DNA from: Lepidodermella squamata
Taxonomy: Eukaryota; Animalia; Gastrotricha
Reading direction: 5' to 3'
Length of the DNA stretch: 64,000 nucleotides
NCBI GenBank assembly: GCA_047495785.1
Contig: JBLDXI010000029.1
Location: 372,001-436,000 of the forward strand
Shown: positions 43,997 to 58,100 of the stretch, in pieces
Layout: the number at the start of each line of letters is the position of its first letter
Numbering within the stretch: the first letter of the stretch is position 1
Notes under the pieces: model-generated
Told to the model about the DNA's origin: nothing
Database searches by the model: none
The model's input: the letters and a program-made list of their open reading frames with translations, nothing else
Translations under genes and position numbers: made by a program

Positions 43997-46542
43997 ATGA
44001 AAAAAATGATTTTTGCATTGATTGCCGCATTCATCACGCTCATTGCTGGTGAGCGCTTCCGCATGTCGACGTCAAACGGGACTAGAGGGCAGCAGCTCAC
44101 ATTTTCGATGGTCATCAACGCTGGAGGGTCAATTTTACCTATTGGTCCAGAAATTTGCGCTGAAAGTATACGAACGGCTCTAGCTGCAGCCGAGCGTAGC
44201 CAGATATTGCCAGGCTACCAAATAGCCGTTGACTTTTACGATGATGAAGTGAGCTCATCTTTTCGCTCATATTTATTGGCCTACAAAAAAATTGTTATTT
44301 TTGATAGTGCGACGATGGGGTCCCAATTCGCCACGTTTCAAATATCATGCGAGACGCGTTGAGCAACCCCAATAACCTTGTACCACTGATTGCCGGTCCC
44401 ATATGCACGGACAACAAGTGGACGGGCTCGTTCATCAAGCACCAACATTTTGTCGCTATTTCTGAATTCGCGGCTATTGAAGAGGTGTTTTCTAATCGTG
44501 ATCAGTACAACAGTCAGTTCTCGATCCTTCCATCATTCTCCGTATTCTACCAGGCTATACCAGCGTTTGTCAAATATTTCAATTGGACAACGGTTTTCTT
44601 GTTAACTGAGGACTATGAAGGAATATCCGGATATTGGCAGCCTGTAAGTTCCCTTATTTTCAGGTCAAGAAATTCATCATTAATCATTAATCATTAATCA
44701 TTTCAGTTTGAAGACGTCATGTTCAAAGGCCTTGAAGAGTTGAACATCACATTGGGAGGGACTTCCAAGGTAAAACTTGCAAACGGCCAACCTACAGCTG
44801 CAGCGCTTGAACTTGCAATGCAAAGCCTTGTCGCATTTGATCCGAAAATAATTGTCGTAAATTCCAATGCTGGAACGATTCTTGCATGCTGGATGCATAG
44901 GTACAAAATCTATGGACCTGGATATGTCATAATTTTCACGGGACAAGCCGCTTTTCTACCGAATTCTCCTGGCAAGGACGAAAACTGCACCGAAAGGATG
45001 ATTTCCCAAGTTTTAAAATCTGTCATATTTTTCACGTATGGCAAACCGTCAGATTTAGAGCCTGATAAAATAGATGCGCTTGGCGTTAGTGGTAGAGAAC
45101 TAGATCGAATCTTGATGAATTCAACAGAAAGACCTGATTTGACTGATAACTGGTTCTTCTGGCGTCCGATGTGCTACAGTCAAGCTGTCGGAGCTCTTAT
45201 GGCACTTGATCAAGTCGAGAAAGAACTGCGGCGAAATAATGACTCCCTGCTAAATTGGACGACCAATACGCCTAATTTTAAAGTCACTGGATCTTTCATC
45301 CATTCAGTCATGGTGCGAAATTTGAACAATCTTCACTATCAAGGGCTATCCCTAGACCCTAATCTCAGCTTTAACGGGAGAACAGGTATGACAGGGTTCT
45401 ACCAGGTCCGGATAAATGAAAGTAACGGCTATGTTAATTTCGTCCCAGTCGCTTCTTACGATTCAACTGTGAAAAGTCAGTTACAAAGTGTTTACGGCAA
45501 TAAGATTCACATGGGCCCTGTTGACATTGATTGGCAAACGCGAGACAACAAAATACCCTCAGATACCATCAAAATTAACATAATCAACGTTCCGATTTTG
45601 GACTACAAGCGGGCCGTTGCTTTGAATGTAGTTGCGGCTGTCATTCTGGCGATGGGATTCATTTTCTGGTTTATTGTATTAATGAAAAGTGTGAAAAGGT
45701 CCCTGTTTCTGCTAAATGGCTCAATGATGCTCGGCACTGAATTTTTAGCCATCTTTGTCCTGATATTGGCTAACAACAACTCATTCATAGGAGTTTCAGC
45801 TTCCATTTTGATTGGAGTTACGGGAGTGACTGTGGTAACGGGTTCAATTTTAGCAAAGCTGGCCTTAGCTATCAGATACTCAGCAAGTGGCGCGGAATCT
45901 ATGATTGAGGAAAATTCGACAGTTAGGCCATCAAGGACCAATAAAAGATCGCAAACGACACGTTCGAACCGTTCAAGGGATGGCGTTACTATTTGGGATC
46001 AAGTTGAAATGCTAAAACTAGGGGTTTTGCCCTACTTCTTGCTTTCGTTAAGTGTAGCTATCGTTTGGGTGGCTTCATCTCCAATGCAGCAAGCAACTTT
46101 CACTCGATCGACAACTCCGTCCAAGATTGACATTGGAATTTTAGATGTTGTAAAGTACCAAAGCTTTATTTTGAACCAGGACGTTGATCCTAGGATTTCG
46201 ATTGGGTGTCTTTCGACCCTCGCTCTAATGTTTAGTCTAGCCTTCCTGGCAACGCTACGCTACACGTTCAAGTTGAAAAATGCGAAGATGCATTCCATAA
46301 TTAGCGACCTGCATTCTGTTCGAGCAGCTGCGTACTGCTTCGGTTTTATTCTCATCACCGGTGGCGTTGTTGTTTGGCTGTTTTTCAGCAACGGCGATCA
46401 CGCTAGTCTGTACATATCGGTGTGCTCTTTGAGCTTGCTTCTGTCGTTGTCAGTTTTGGTCATTGTTTTATTGCCAGGTTTTAAGGAGAATAGCCGACAA
46501 CTCGCACTACCACAAAGCAACTCGAGCCGGTTTAGCTCGTGA
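43997..46542 (+). CDS. Divergent class C (GABA-B-like) GPCR: signal peptide, Venus-flytrap domain, 7TM (exons 43997-44248, 44308-44643, 44707-46542)
   Basis: ILPGYQIAVDFYDDEC, IAGPIC, NRDQYNSQF, VKYFNWTTV, YKIYGPGYVII and IDW...PSD; seven hydrophobic helices with ILAK in TM3 and LLP in TM7; no cysteine-rich domain. Confidence 0.85.
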
Positions 46543-47931
46543 AGAAGCCGCGCGCCCTCGCAGCAGTAACCTTGTATTGGCATTCAGTGTGATGTTATGG
46601 GATTGAGAAATTTTGTTGAATGTATTTTTCTACTTACTGTGTTGTTTTGACTATTGTTTTGATTATACTTTGTTTTTGTCCTTATTACTCTCTGTTACGG
46701 CTAAAATGAATCCGGTCCATTACTTTGTTGTCTTCTCCTACTACACCTTTCCTGTCCTAACTGAATCTGTCCTACATGTTGTCCTATATGTTGTTTTCCC
46801 TAAAATTGTTGAGCTGCCCTCTCTTGGGTGTAACAGCTTTAAAATAAATAAATAAATAAATCTGGAAAACGTGCTACGTTTAAGCCAATTTAATTTTGTT
46901 TTCATTATCATTGTTGTGATTTGTCGTAAGTAATGTTACTCTTGTTTTTGTTGTAGTCTAAAGGTGGTACCGGCGAGTACCAAAACGTTACGAATTAAAA
47001 CGCGATCTAGTTAGAAATCGCTGTTTAATAATTTACCCGACGTGAGTTCTTATTACGATGTTTCCCTAACGCATGGTAATTGTGGGCGGGTTGAACGTCA
47101 GATTTTCTCATGCCTAAGATTCCCTTTCCGAGGAAGAACGTGGTTTAAAGAGCTTTTGAAACACTGGAATAAAATCACTTAATGCTGACGCTCTTTGAAC
47201 TCGTTGACTTTCGAATCCTTGAGCAGACCAACACGGCTTAACCTCTTATAAGCCGACTGGATTAACTTGATTGCATAATCTAGGGTTAACTGCATTTCGG
47301 CAGGCCATAAATTTCAACTCCTAATCAGTATTCCCCGTCGTTTCCCATGTTCACATTTTGAGCTAAAACACAAGAGCTACACAAGCACGTTGTTTTACTG
47401 CGAAAATGATGTTGCAGGTGATAATGACGACGAATCAAAATCATAAGTACGAAAAATTTGTGGCCAGAGACAGACACAGAGGACGCTTATTCACAAACAG
47501 CTAATTTGCGACTCAAATCTGATTCATACACAAGCACGTCGATTAATCATGCTCGACTCAGACGATCTAATCGAAGAGAGAGAGAGAGAAAAGAGAAACA
47601 AAACACAAAATTGTTTGGCATGGCAACAAAAAGCTAAGATATTCATTCGGATTCGTCTCCATCGCCAGATACAAAAAATCAGGCCGGAATTTGAGCGGTT
47701 TCTTTTACACACTTAGACACGTTTTTAGCCGAAACGTGCGTAAAATTCAGTACAAATAAGAATGGCGAAGAAGAATTAGTACCGGTACTAGCTAAACAAA
47801 GCTATATTTAAGTAAAAAAAGACCGTTATTTTCGTTGTTCCAACGTTTAGTCAGTATCCGGTAGCAGTAGACAAGAAGAAGAGAGAAATGTACATACAAC
47901 CACGTTCTATGATTAGAGAGCACAAAATTGT

Positions 47932-49450
47932 TCACGGAGCTGCGGCCACTAGCTGTTTCACGGTCTCCTTGATCCACGGCTTTCGATTGGAGAGATCCAT
48001 CGACGGGAATTTGGCGAAGACATGCGCGATAACGTTCTTCATGGTTACAGTCTCCAAATCAGCTCCACTTACGAAATCAGAAATGATCGAATGCAACTCG
48101 TCATCCTGGAATAATCAATATCAATAGCTGAAAAGTTCTTTTTATCAAAGTTTACCGTTGGCTCGCCAGAATTCGAGGAGGCCTTTGCGGGAGATTTCGC
48201 AGCCTTAGCAGCTGGTTTCTTCGCGGGAGATTTTGCAGGAGACTTTTTGGCAGCTGCTGGCTTCGCCTTTTTCGCTGGACTAGGACTGGCACTGCTGGAA
48301 CCCTTTGACACCGCCGAAGTCGCTGAGGAGTCGCTTTCATTGCCATCGGAAGAATCTGAATCGCTGTCCGAATCGCTCTTCTCGGATTCTGAATCGTCGG
48401 AGGCTGGCGCAGGTCGCTTCTTGCCCTTACCCTCGCCGTCGGCCTTTTTCGTGGGAGATTTCTTCGCTGATTTCTTCTCAGCAGCGGCCTTTTTCTTCTC
48501 GGTCTTCGCCTTCTTCTTTTCCGCGGCTGCTTTCTTCTTCTCGCTATTTTTGCTCTTCTTCTCCTTTGCTTCTTTCGCGGCTTCTTTCAAGCTCTTCTTA
48601 CCAGATGGCTGAGGATTCATCAAGAAATCCATTAACCGTTGCTCAAGCTCCTCCCGCTCGCCCTTGGTTTCGAGATCGAGAAGCTGAAGTACGAATTTCA
48701 TGCCCTTAACAGTGAATCTATCAAAAACATGAATCATTGTTTATGCTTCAAATCTAAAAGATAAAATAATCCTAATCTCACCTCTTGATTGCTTCCATCT
48801 TCTTCTCATACTCTTTTGAAGTCTTGTCGAAGTCAAATCCTGAGAAAGCGCGGAGATTTTTACGAACCATTGTGTTTTTACCGACTGTTCCGTAAAGAAT
48901 ACGATGGAGAGGCTTAAGATCTTCGGGGTCTGTCCGACTGACGCGGAAGTCGACTGTAAAAACTTGGGCGATTAGAGCAGAAAATAATCAAATATAAATG
49001 CTAACCGTTATCGAGCTCGCCTAATTTAACTCCCTGGCCCTTGGGAATTGCGAATTCCTTCGTGCGATCTTCTGACTGGGGCATTGTTGGCAAGAACCGC
49101 TCAACTTGCTTACGCTGGCGCTGCTTAACACTCGCTGCCAACTCGGAAATAGATTCATCTAAGAGAGGCAAACTAGATTGAAAGCAAAAACAGTACAGCC
49201 GCAAACTCACTGTGCTTTCCTTCATTGCCGTTCGCCGCGTGGTCTTCCTCATGATGACCATTTCCGTTTCCATTGGTGGCTCCATTGGTGCCATTTGCTT
49301 CTTTGGTTTCTTCTTTGCTAGGCTTTGTCTCTTCATGAGTCACGCCGTTTTCTGGCTATCAGAAAAAACATTGGTTAAGCACCAAAATTGGTTAAAAAAT
49401 AGCCATACCTGAGCCTGAGCTGGTTGCTCTTCCTTAACTTCGCTTGTCAT
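47932..49450 (-). CDS. DEK: Chromatin protein DEK (about 6 exons)
   Basis: RQRKQVERF, IPKGQGVKLGEL, LKPLHRILY, RKNLRAFSGF, SAP-like LLDLETKGEREEL..RLMDFL, K/S/D-rich linker, and DEK_C (ADLETVTMK..DLSNRKPWIKETVK). Confidence 0.93.
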
Positions 49451-50134
49451 TCCAGAAAATATGAAACAATAAGATAAAAATCTATGCAACAACGCGGCAC
49501 GGTAAAAGTGAGGATAGCTGCGAAATTATGACCGTAGCTACAGGGCGGGAAAGAGAATGCAACATGTTGAGGGACCGCCATGACACTATTTACAAAGCGT
49601 CAGAAAGAGGAATCATCGCGAACAACGGCGTCAGGTCGGAAGCTTGACCAGCAACATCGAAGCCGCACCACGTTTCCAAGAAGATTCGGCCAAAGCTCGC
49701 TTGAAAAAAATTGCCGCGAATTTTTTAATCTTTGACATTAATAACACTTTCTTATCTAACTACGTATAAAATTACAATTTAATTACAGAATTAACAATCA
49801 TTAAAATAATGCGCGGTAAAAATTCAAAATGTTGTAATGCCTCCCGAATCGAGCATGCCAGCTCTTAGCTTTAGCTGTGAAGGATTACTTCCTTTTCTGT
49901 GCATCTTGTCCACGTGAACTTTCTCTAATCGGACTCTGGTTTAGCATTTTTCTCACGTGTGCGAATTTACCTTTACCCCGCACATTGTGAGCGTTCATCG
50001 CATGGGGTGGACTGTGTTCCATTTAGTCAAATGTTGCCTGTTTAGATGTCTCCTCAATAACGATTTCTCTCTCGCTCTCGTGCCTGTTATCACGTTGCTG
50101 GTCTGCTAGATCATCAACTAACACGGCATAAGAG

Positions 50135-50932
50135 ATGGCATGGCTCAGCCCGTTTACTTATATCCTTATTATATATGTATGGCAAATGGCAGCCTTATTG
50201 GCTCTGATCCGCAAGTTGGTCGAACATTTGGGTCACACTTACAGTCATTATTTTCGCGTAAGTAGTTTTGGAATCATTTTTTTTGTTTGCCGATACCAGT
50301 TGATTGGTATTGATGGCATACAGGTGGCTTAGCTATAATTTTACCATCAGTTACTAAATAATTAAGCTATCAATTCGAATTGAATTAACACTATAATTTA
50401 CCCTAAAACCATTTTCAAGTACCTTACGCACGTTATTCCCTTTCGTATATAGGTGTTACCGTTAATGATGGGGAATTATGCATCACTTGCTGATAGTGAA
50501 CTCGAGACCGCGCGCAGCGATCTCGCCGAGATGAAATTGAAGTTCGAACAAGCTGTACAAAGAGAAGAAGACCTTCTCCAAATTGCCTCGGCTATTCAAG
50601 AGGAGCTCACTCAGCGTTCAGAATTAGACGAAGCCCTGTTGAAAATGCACAAAAAGCAGGGCGAGATTTTAGCCGATATGGTAGTCTCTCTGGAAGAGAA
50701 GTCGGAAGAAATTGCGAAACAAACTTGCCAGCTCTCCGAGCGAACGAACGAAATAACGAAGCAGCGAAAACACATCGAGCAACTGTACGCGAAAGTTGCT
50801 TCGTTGGAAAAGCAAAACATCGAATTGCGGAAGCAAGTCATAACTATGAAAGCAGCTTCTCGCCTCGAAAAGCCTCTGATTTGTACGACCCGTTTGAATC
50901 CTGATAAATCGATTGGAGCCAGCGGCAATTAA
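50135..50932 (+). CDS. Unknown protein: N-terminal hydrophobic segment plus coiled coil (exons 50135-50257, 50453-50932)
   Basis: GTAAGT donor at 50258 and TAG acceptor at 50452 join the two ORFs in phase 0; exon 2 is heptad-rich in E/K/L/Q. Confidence 0.65.
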
Positions 50933-52155
50933 CGCACTGTTTTATATAACTTTTTCAATTTGTTGCGCCATCGACCAAATTGTTGTGAGCTTTACCTCGA
51001 ATTATTTCTTATTATTTGCACTTGTCCGAGTTCTTTTTATTGTCTTTCTCGTTGAAACCGCTCAATTTTTTTGGTCAGAAATAAAACACATTTTTGTTGA
51101 ACGATAAGTTTTGTTTTATTTCTTTCCAGTGAAGCGCATTGCACCTTTCGGCACTGAACTGTTGCGTCTTTATAATAATCATAATAATTGATAGCTGATT
51201 CGGCCTGGTTCCACCATCATCATCATCAAAAAAGACGACGCAAGTTTTTGCAGATTTTGCATCCTCTTCTAACAAATAATAATCCGAAAGCTACTATGTA
51301 ACCAAAGACACACACTTCATAAATATTCCAAAAAGTAGCTATTTTTCATCAATAAACATGATCACTGCAACTAATACTCTAGTTTACAAAGATTTCATTC
51401 ACAAAAACAGATTACACCTCCCACATCGCTACAAAGATAACTTTTTTGTAATAATATAGACGTAAGACAGGCTATAAAGCTTCAAACTCTTCCAGTTATA
51501 ATTAGCTGCATAACTTTAATAATCATCATCACTTATACTCTTGTAAAGTACAAAAATTAGATACAAATTAAGGAAATATTTATAGGCATCCTGCTCCACG
51601 TACAACACATAATTTCTCTTTATACAAATTGCAAACTATTTTTCATGATTTTAATAAAGATGATAATAAGTCATCGAGACGAGCACAACGAACTGCTGCA
51701 TAAAGACACATCTCATAAAACATTGGGATGATGAATTTTCTCCGAAAGATGATAAAACTGACAGTTATTTCTCTAATGCATAACCATGGTCCGGACCATT
51801 TTATTTTCGAAATGAAGGCTCCAGTGTTTCATAATAATAATAATATATAACATCGACTTCGGTAGAAATAATGCATTTCAAGTAAGGCAACCAGATGATT
51901 TGTTTATCGGTTACAAAAAACACAACATCGAGATTTCGGCTTTGAGATTCTCCTACTAATATTATGATTGCGGTTGCACCTGAGTAAAACCTTTGATCTG
52001 TGAGCCAAACATGGGTATAAGTACTATTATTTATATAAACGACATCATGCTCATAAGTTTTTGTTGCAACAAATCCGCAGTGTCATCGTGAAAGAACTGC
52101 TCAAGGCCTTTTCGGGTCAAGTTTCAAGGCAATAGTGTCTGGTTTTTTCTTCGAA

Positions 52156-55100
52156 TCACACCTGCAACTGGCCGTAGAGCAGCATTTGCTGCTGCTGCTG
52201 TTGCTGGGCAGCGGGCGAGGGTGGCGCCGACGAGCCGCTCGGCGTCGACGTCGCCCGGCCGTTGGCGACCAGGGCGCTGCCGAGCACGTTCGCCGTCATT
52301 TGCTGCGCATTCGCCGCGCCGCCGGCCTGCGCCTTGCTGAACGACACGCGCAGGTGATGCGACTCGTTCAGCGGGTGGTTGTGCAGTTCGACGAGGGCTG
52401 TCACGCTCTCGTCGACCGTCGCCAGTTGCGCGAGCGCCATTTTCTGGTCGCGCGGGAAAAACCGGAACGAGGCGAGTGTCAAATTGCGGTCGGAGAACAA
52501 CTGGCGAAGAAATTCCTCCGTGATGCCCGGCGGAATGTTCGACAAGTGCAGCACAGGTGATGGCGGGAAAATGTTGTTAAAGTTCTTTGATCCTGAAAGA
52601 AAAAGTCGAATTATAAGCAGCTGAATTTAAACATTTCGAAGATTATTTCTTGGGAGATTTTAACAACATTTTGAAAAATTATTGGAAATATAGTATTGAA
52701 TTTTCATCAAGAAAAGTACATTTTTTGAAATGATTTGAAATCGAACTTTTGAATGAAAAATCTCAAAAAATGTTACCTGGCTTCTTGTATCGGTGAAGAG
52801 GCGAATCGGTGTAGTCGCGCGTAAGGCCGGCATCGGGTTGGCCTTCCTTCGGTAATTGCACGTTGAGGTTCTTCGACAGCACGATGTGCATCGGCCGGCC
52901 GTAGACGCTCACCCCATTCAGATAGTTGATCGCTGAATTACAGACGATTGAAAAATGGCCAAAATTTACAATTTTTTGGACATACCTAACTGGGCAGCTT
53001 GCGCGTCAGAATACTGGACTAGAGCGGTATCGCGCTTGTTGAACAAAATTTTCACGCGAATGACATTGCCATAGACACCTGAGCGCAACCAAATTTCGAA
53101 AATGAAACAAAATTAGCAAACAACTAAAATAAACTTCAAATCTATCGCTAAGCAAATCTAGCCACGTCAAATGAATTCAATAAAAACAGAGATTAACAGT
53201 CGTTTAAAAATTAATTAGATTTCTGTCTGTTTTTGTATTACAGTGAAACATACCGAAGAGAGTGAATAGAGCATCCGGAGTGACTTTCTAGAAGACGAGC
53301 GGCAGCGCGAGTGATCAGCACCGATAGCAGGCAGTAGTAGAGTAGTAGTAGTAGTAGTAGTAGTTGGAAAGGAATGATTTTATACGATTTTATACGAATT
53401 GGAGATGATTTAAATTTGGAAGGTTTATGTTGTAGATCATAGAACAGCGCAGGCAGGCAGGTAGGCAGGCAGAAAATGAGGTTGAATATGTAAAAAATAA
53501 AAAGTGCACATATTAAGTTTCAAGTCACCTTTGAAATAAATCATCATTATTTTCACTAGTAATCACGCTATTTTTTTTCGAGAAAATTCCGAAACCAGAG
53601 GAAAAAAATTCTAAATTTGTCCGAAATTTTGCCAACTATAGCCAAGTTCACGAAAATAAAAAATAAATATCGCTAAATTCTACAACATTTTGTTATAATA
53701 ATAATAATCGAAAGGTGGTTATGTATGAAAGGTGATTTGTTATCGGTAGACGTTTGCCTAGAAAAAGAACTGACCTCTTCGTTGAGATTAGACACGTGCA
53801 CAACCGAATTGAGAGCAGCGAGGGCTGCGAGTTGCAAGGGCAGGGCGACAGCAGACGGGTTGTTTCCGAAAGCAGCAGCGAGGGCGGCCGATTGCGCCTG
53901 GTTCATGGCCTGGTTCAGCACGGCATGGTTCATGGCGTTCATGCTGAGCGAGTTCATTTGCACAGGACTGAGTGCTGACAGAGGAATGGCTGCAAAGGAA
54001 CAATACATTTTAATGAAAAATTCAAAATTGAAGCCATAAAAAATGTATTTTTTCGAGGGAAATATTAGCAATGAGAATAAATGCTGCAGTAAAGTATCAC
54101 ACGCCTTAAGACTTCGATTTTTACAATTTTCACAGCCTACTTCGAAAAAATTTAATTTAATTTTTTAACCACGATTTTTCGAAATAAGCTGTGAAATTGT
54201 TGTTAAGCTTTTTGTTATGTTATATCGTTAAAATTGTTATGTGTTAGCGAAATAGGCAAACGCAGGGCGAAACATACCAACGAGTTCGGTTAGTAGGGAG
54301 CCTGAGAAAACGAGGGCAGTAAAAATTGAGTGTTCAAACAGGGATGAAAAATCAACGTGCATCCGTGAGTGCCCAAAGCAATAACAATGCAAACAGGGTT
54401 CAGTCAGTTTCTCTCTCAATTTTTCAAATCTCACAGGCAAAAGCGGGTGGGTGGATGGCATTAAATGTGGCGGTTTGTGCTCACCTGCATTGGACGCGTT
54501 CGGATTGGATACACTAATGGTTTGTTGCGTGTTGTGCATGTATTGAGCGGCCGCCGACGATGTTAGTGAGGCGCCAGTCAGCGAAATCGGCGCGCCCGTC
54601 GCGAAGAAAGACGCTGGTAGCGAGGCGAGAGTAGCATTGCCAGCTTGATTGACAGCTATCGAATTTGTGAAAACAAAGCAGGAAATTAATATCAACAATG
54701 CAAACAAGCGATCAAGCGACCAAGCTCATAGGCTGTGTGCAATTATATTTTAGCATGAGAATATTTAAAAAAAGCAAGTGAGACAATTTTTCCCAAGAAA
54801 ATTATCGCCAAAAATGGCCGAAAAACATTCATAAATTTCGAAAATTTCGATAATTTTTGGAAATCAGAATATCAATTATTCAATTAAATTATAATTTTAA
54901 TCGGTGGTGAATATTCCTCAAAATAAAAAAAACTTGATAAAAAGTTGAATCACCCAAACCAAGTATTTTCCGATCCCAGGATTTTTTCGGAATTTTTCCC
55001 GATTAAAATCTTGTAAAAATGTCTCAGTTAACGGCTTTTCATTTATAGAAGCGTTGTAAATTCAAGCTGTGCTTACTTAGATGAGTCGGAGTAGTCGCAG

Positions 55101-58100
55101 CAGCCACGTTGAGCGCGTACTGTTCGACCGAACCGGTGGCGCCCGCCGCCGAGGCAGCCGTAGAGGCCGGCGATGTGGCCTGGTCGCCGCTGGGCAGCGC
55201 CGGGTTCGTGTAGTCCATCGACTTCTCGTTGTTGAAGCGGATGTTGAGCGCCTGCAGCTTCGAGAAGTCGATGCGCAGCGTGTCACAGCCGCTGAACACG
55301 TTCTGGCCGTCGAGGAACATCTTAGCCGTTAGCGCAGATATCGGATCGCCCATTTGAATCAACGCTTGGAAAGTGTCTGAAAAAAATAATACGAAAAATT
55401 ATTTATTACGATAAACATTAATTGGAACATCGAAATAATCGACGAGAAAATTCGGTAAAAAACTGAAGAACGGTAAAATTAAGCTCAAATTTAACAATTC
55501 AGCGGCCAAATTCTCTCAGATCTGATATTGAAAACTGAGAATCGCGAAATTAAAGAGAAAATTTGATAAACAAAATCGAAATTGAGAAGGCTGAAATTTG
55601 CTGAAGCGTTTGAAAATTTGAATTTGAATTTTTCAAATAATTCGACATTTAAATTTTTTAGAATTTTGCGAATTTCGCTGCGAGACTAGAAAATGTGAAA
55701 TTTCGAAATTAAAAAAACTCACTGTTTTTGGTGAAGATGACGATTTTGAGGACAGGGCCGTATTTCGAGAAAATGGACCGTAGAATTTCAATCGAAACCG
55801 GATACACGTAGTTCTCGATGATGACTCGGAGAACGCACTTGACCGAGTCCTCGGACGGGCCGCTCTTGATGGCCTGCGTCGCCCGCAGCGCCGCCTGCCC
55901 GGCCGGGTTGTTGTCGGTGCGCAACTCGCGGTGGTTCGAAAACTGGATGAACACCGGCTGGCCGCGAATCAGCGCCTGTTTCGGGTTCGACGCGTAGTAG
56001 TCGACGCAGCGCCGCGCCGCCTCCTCGTCCGGCATCTCGAGGAACGCCTGGTGGCCCTTCTTGTTGAGCAGCACGTTGCTGGGCACGCCGAACGGCAGGC
56101 CGAGGTAGATGACTTCGGACTCGCTCGCCTCGGATGGCACGTTGCGGAAGTGCAGCACCTTCGACGGCGTGTTCGACGTGGCGGCGGAGATGGGCGAGGG
56201 CGACACGGAGCCGTCGAGGCGCACCTTCTTCGCGTCCGAGTCGCCGTTCGTCTGCTGCGTGGGCGAGCACGACGCCATGCTGCTGTTCGTCGACGAGCCG
56301 TTGTTTGCGGCTATCATGACGCTGGAATCGGCCTGTTTCAGGTACAGTTGCTGCTGCTGCTGCTGCTGTTGCAGGGCGAGGGCGAGGTAAGGATTGTCCG
56401 ACAACTGTAACACAGCTGCTTGGCCACTGTTCGGCTGCTGCTGCTGCTGCTGTAGGGTAGAGGGTGGCGAACAGATTTCTCTATAAGGTCGCTGCAAGGA
56501 ATAAACAGAAAAAATCAACAGATGAGCAAATAAATTTCATTAGAATAAGAGCGGTAATAACGCGCAAGATTTACTCAGCTGATTTACTGCGAAAAGCGTA
56601 ATTTCACGAAATTTCGAAATATGGGGATTTTTTAGACGCCGGATATTGCGAATGCCCACACGAAATAATAACCAAGGCTTATTGATGTGATTGGAATTTA
56701 TCCAATAGTTGAGGAAGGCATCGAGTTCACCTGAAATTTACAATTTTTCTACTATATTTAGGAATGTTCATATGATGCAGGAACGAAGAGATTCATAATT
56801 TAAAGAGTGGAATGGAAAATTTGAAGCTATGAATGCAGGATGAATTTACAGAATCAATCTGCAAATATTCAATTCCATTTCGATTTCCAAAATGTCAAGC
56901 TCCATCAATTTGGATTAATTGGATTAATCGGATTAATCCCCACGAATCGGCTTAGCTGTAGCTGCAGATTGTCCAATGAATATAATGAAAAAATACAAAA
57001 TTATCAATGGATACTGCCCGAACTCTTGTCAGCTAAATAATATACAGATTTACGGAAAATTAAGGAGGATTTCCTCTTAAATTTTCTGTTATATCCAGAT
57101 TTAGATCCTAGGAAGGGTTCAGAGGATATTGAGCTTCTGGGTAGTTTAGCGCATTAATTCTTCGCTGGCAGAAGCTGCAGAGCGAGGGAGATGTAAGAAA
57201 AGTCGAGAAAAAGCTCTAGAATAGGTGTAGCAAGTGAGTAAGTTAAAGGGCAGGTTCAGGCGCGTAAGCTCACTCGCACAGTGTAAGGTGGCGATGAGAT
57301 TAGACTCGCGCGCGCGCTCGCGCTCGCGGTAGTAAAAATTTTCACCGCCGCTGGTGCTGCCGAAGCAAATATTGAGCAGCCGCAGCAGCAGCAGCAGCAG
57401 CCGGCGATGGCGCTTAGTTAGAACACGCGCGCGCGCTGAGAGGGGTGAATCGATGATGAGTCAACAGTGTCACTTTGCCGACACTGACAACGACGGAAAA
57501 CAAGCCAATTATACCAAGTGGTGGTAGGTATAGTACTTCGTGTGCTGTGTGGTGGTGGTGGTACCTTCTATACCTACCTACCACCACATTTTTCGACGAG
57601 TAAACTGCGACGGCGACGAGTTAGAAACGCGGCGCGACACGGGAAGATTGCGGCGAGGAGCATCGCCCGGCGTTTCCTGCCTCCACTCGCAAGTGTTGCG
57701 AAAGGGCAGGTTACGTTTGCTCAGCGCCAAGAGTGCGAAGATACGGCAGATGATTCAAACACTGAGCACATAAAGGCGCGGCGGCTGAGGGGAAGTGTCT
57801 CTCGGTGTCAAGAGACAACAAAGCCCGTAAACACGCTACATACGAGAGGCAGAAGGCGCCTAAGCCGTGCAAACAACGACGCGCGTGGCCTACCTTGACC
57901 AGTCCGGACGGCGCGTTGCTAGTCGCGAAACAATCCCGCCGTTGCTGTTCCAACGCCAGGTTGACTTGCAGTCGAAGCGAGGCGCGAGGAGATGTGTGTG
58001 TATACGTGTGTGTGGGCAAAAAACTACGTCTGATGCGCTACGTCGACCGAAAAATCGCAGGTGCCAGCGGTAATTGCGTGACTGCGCGTCGCAAATTATG

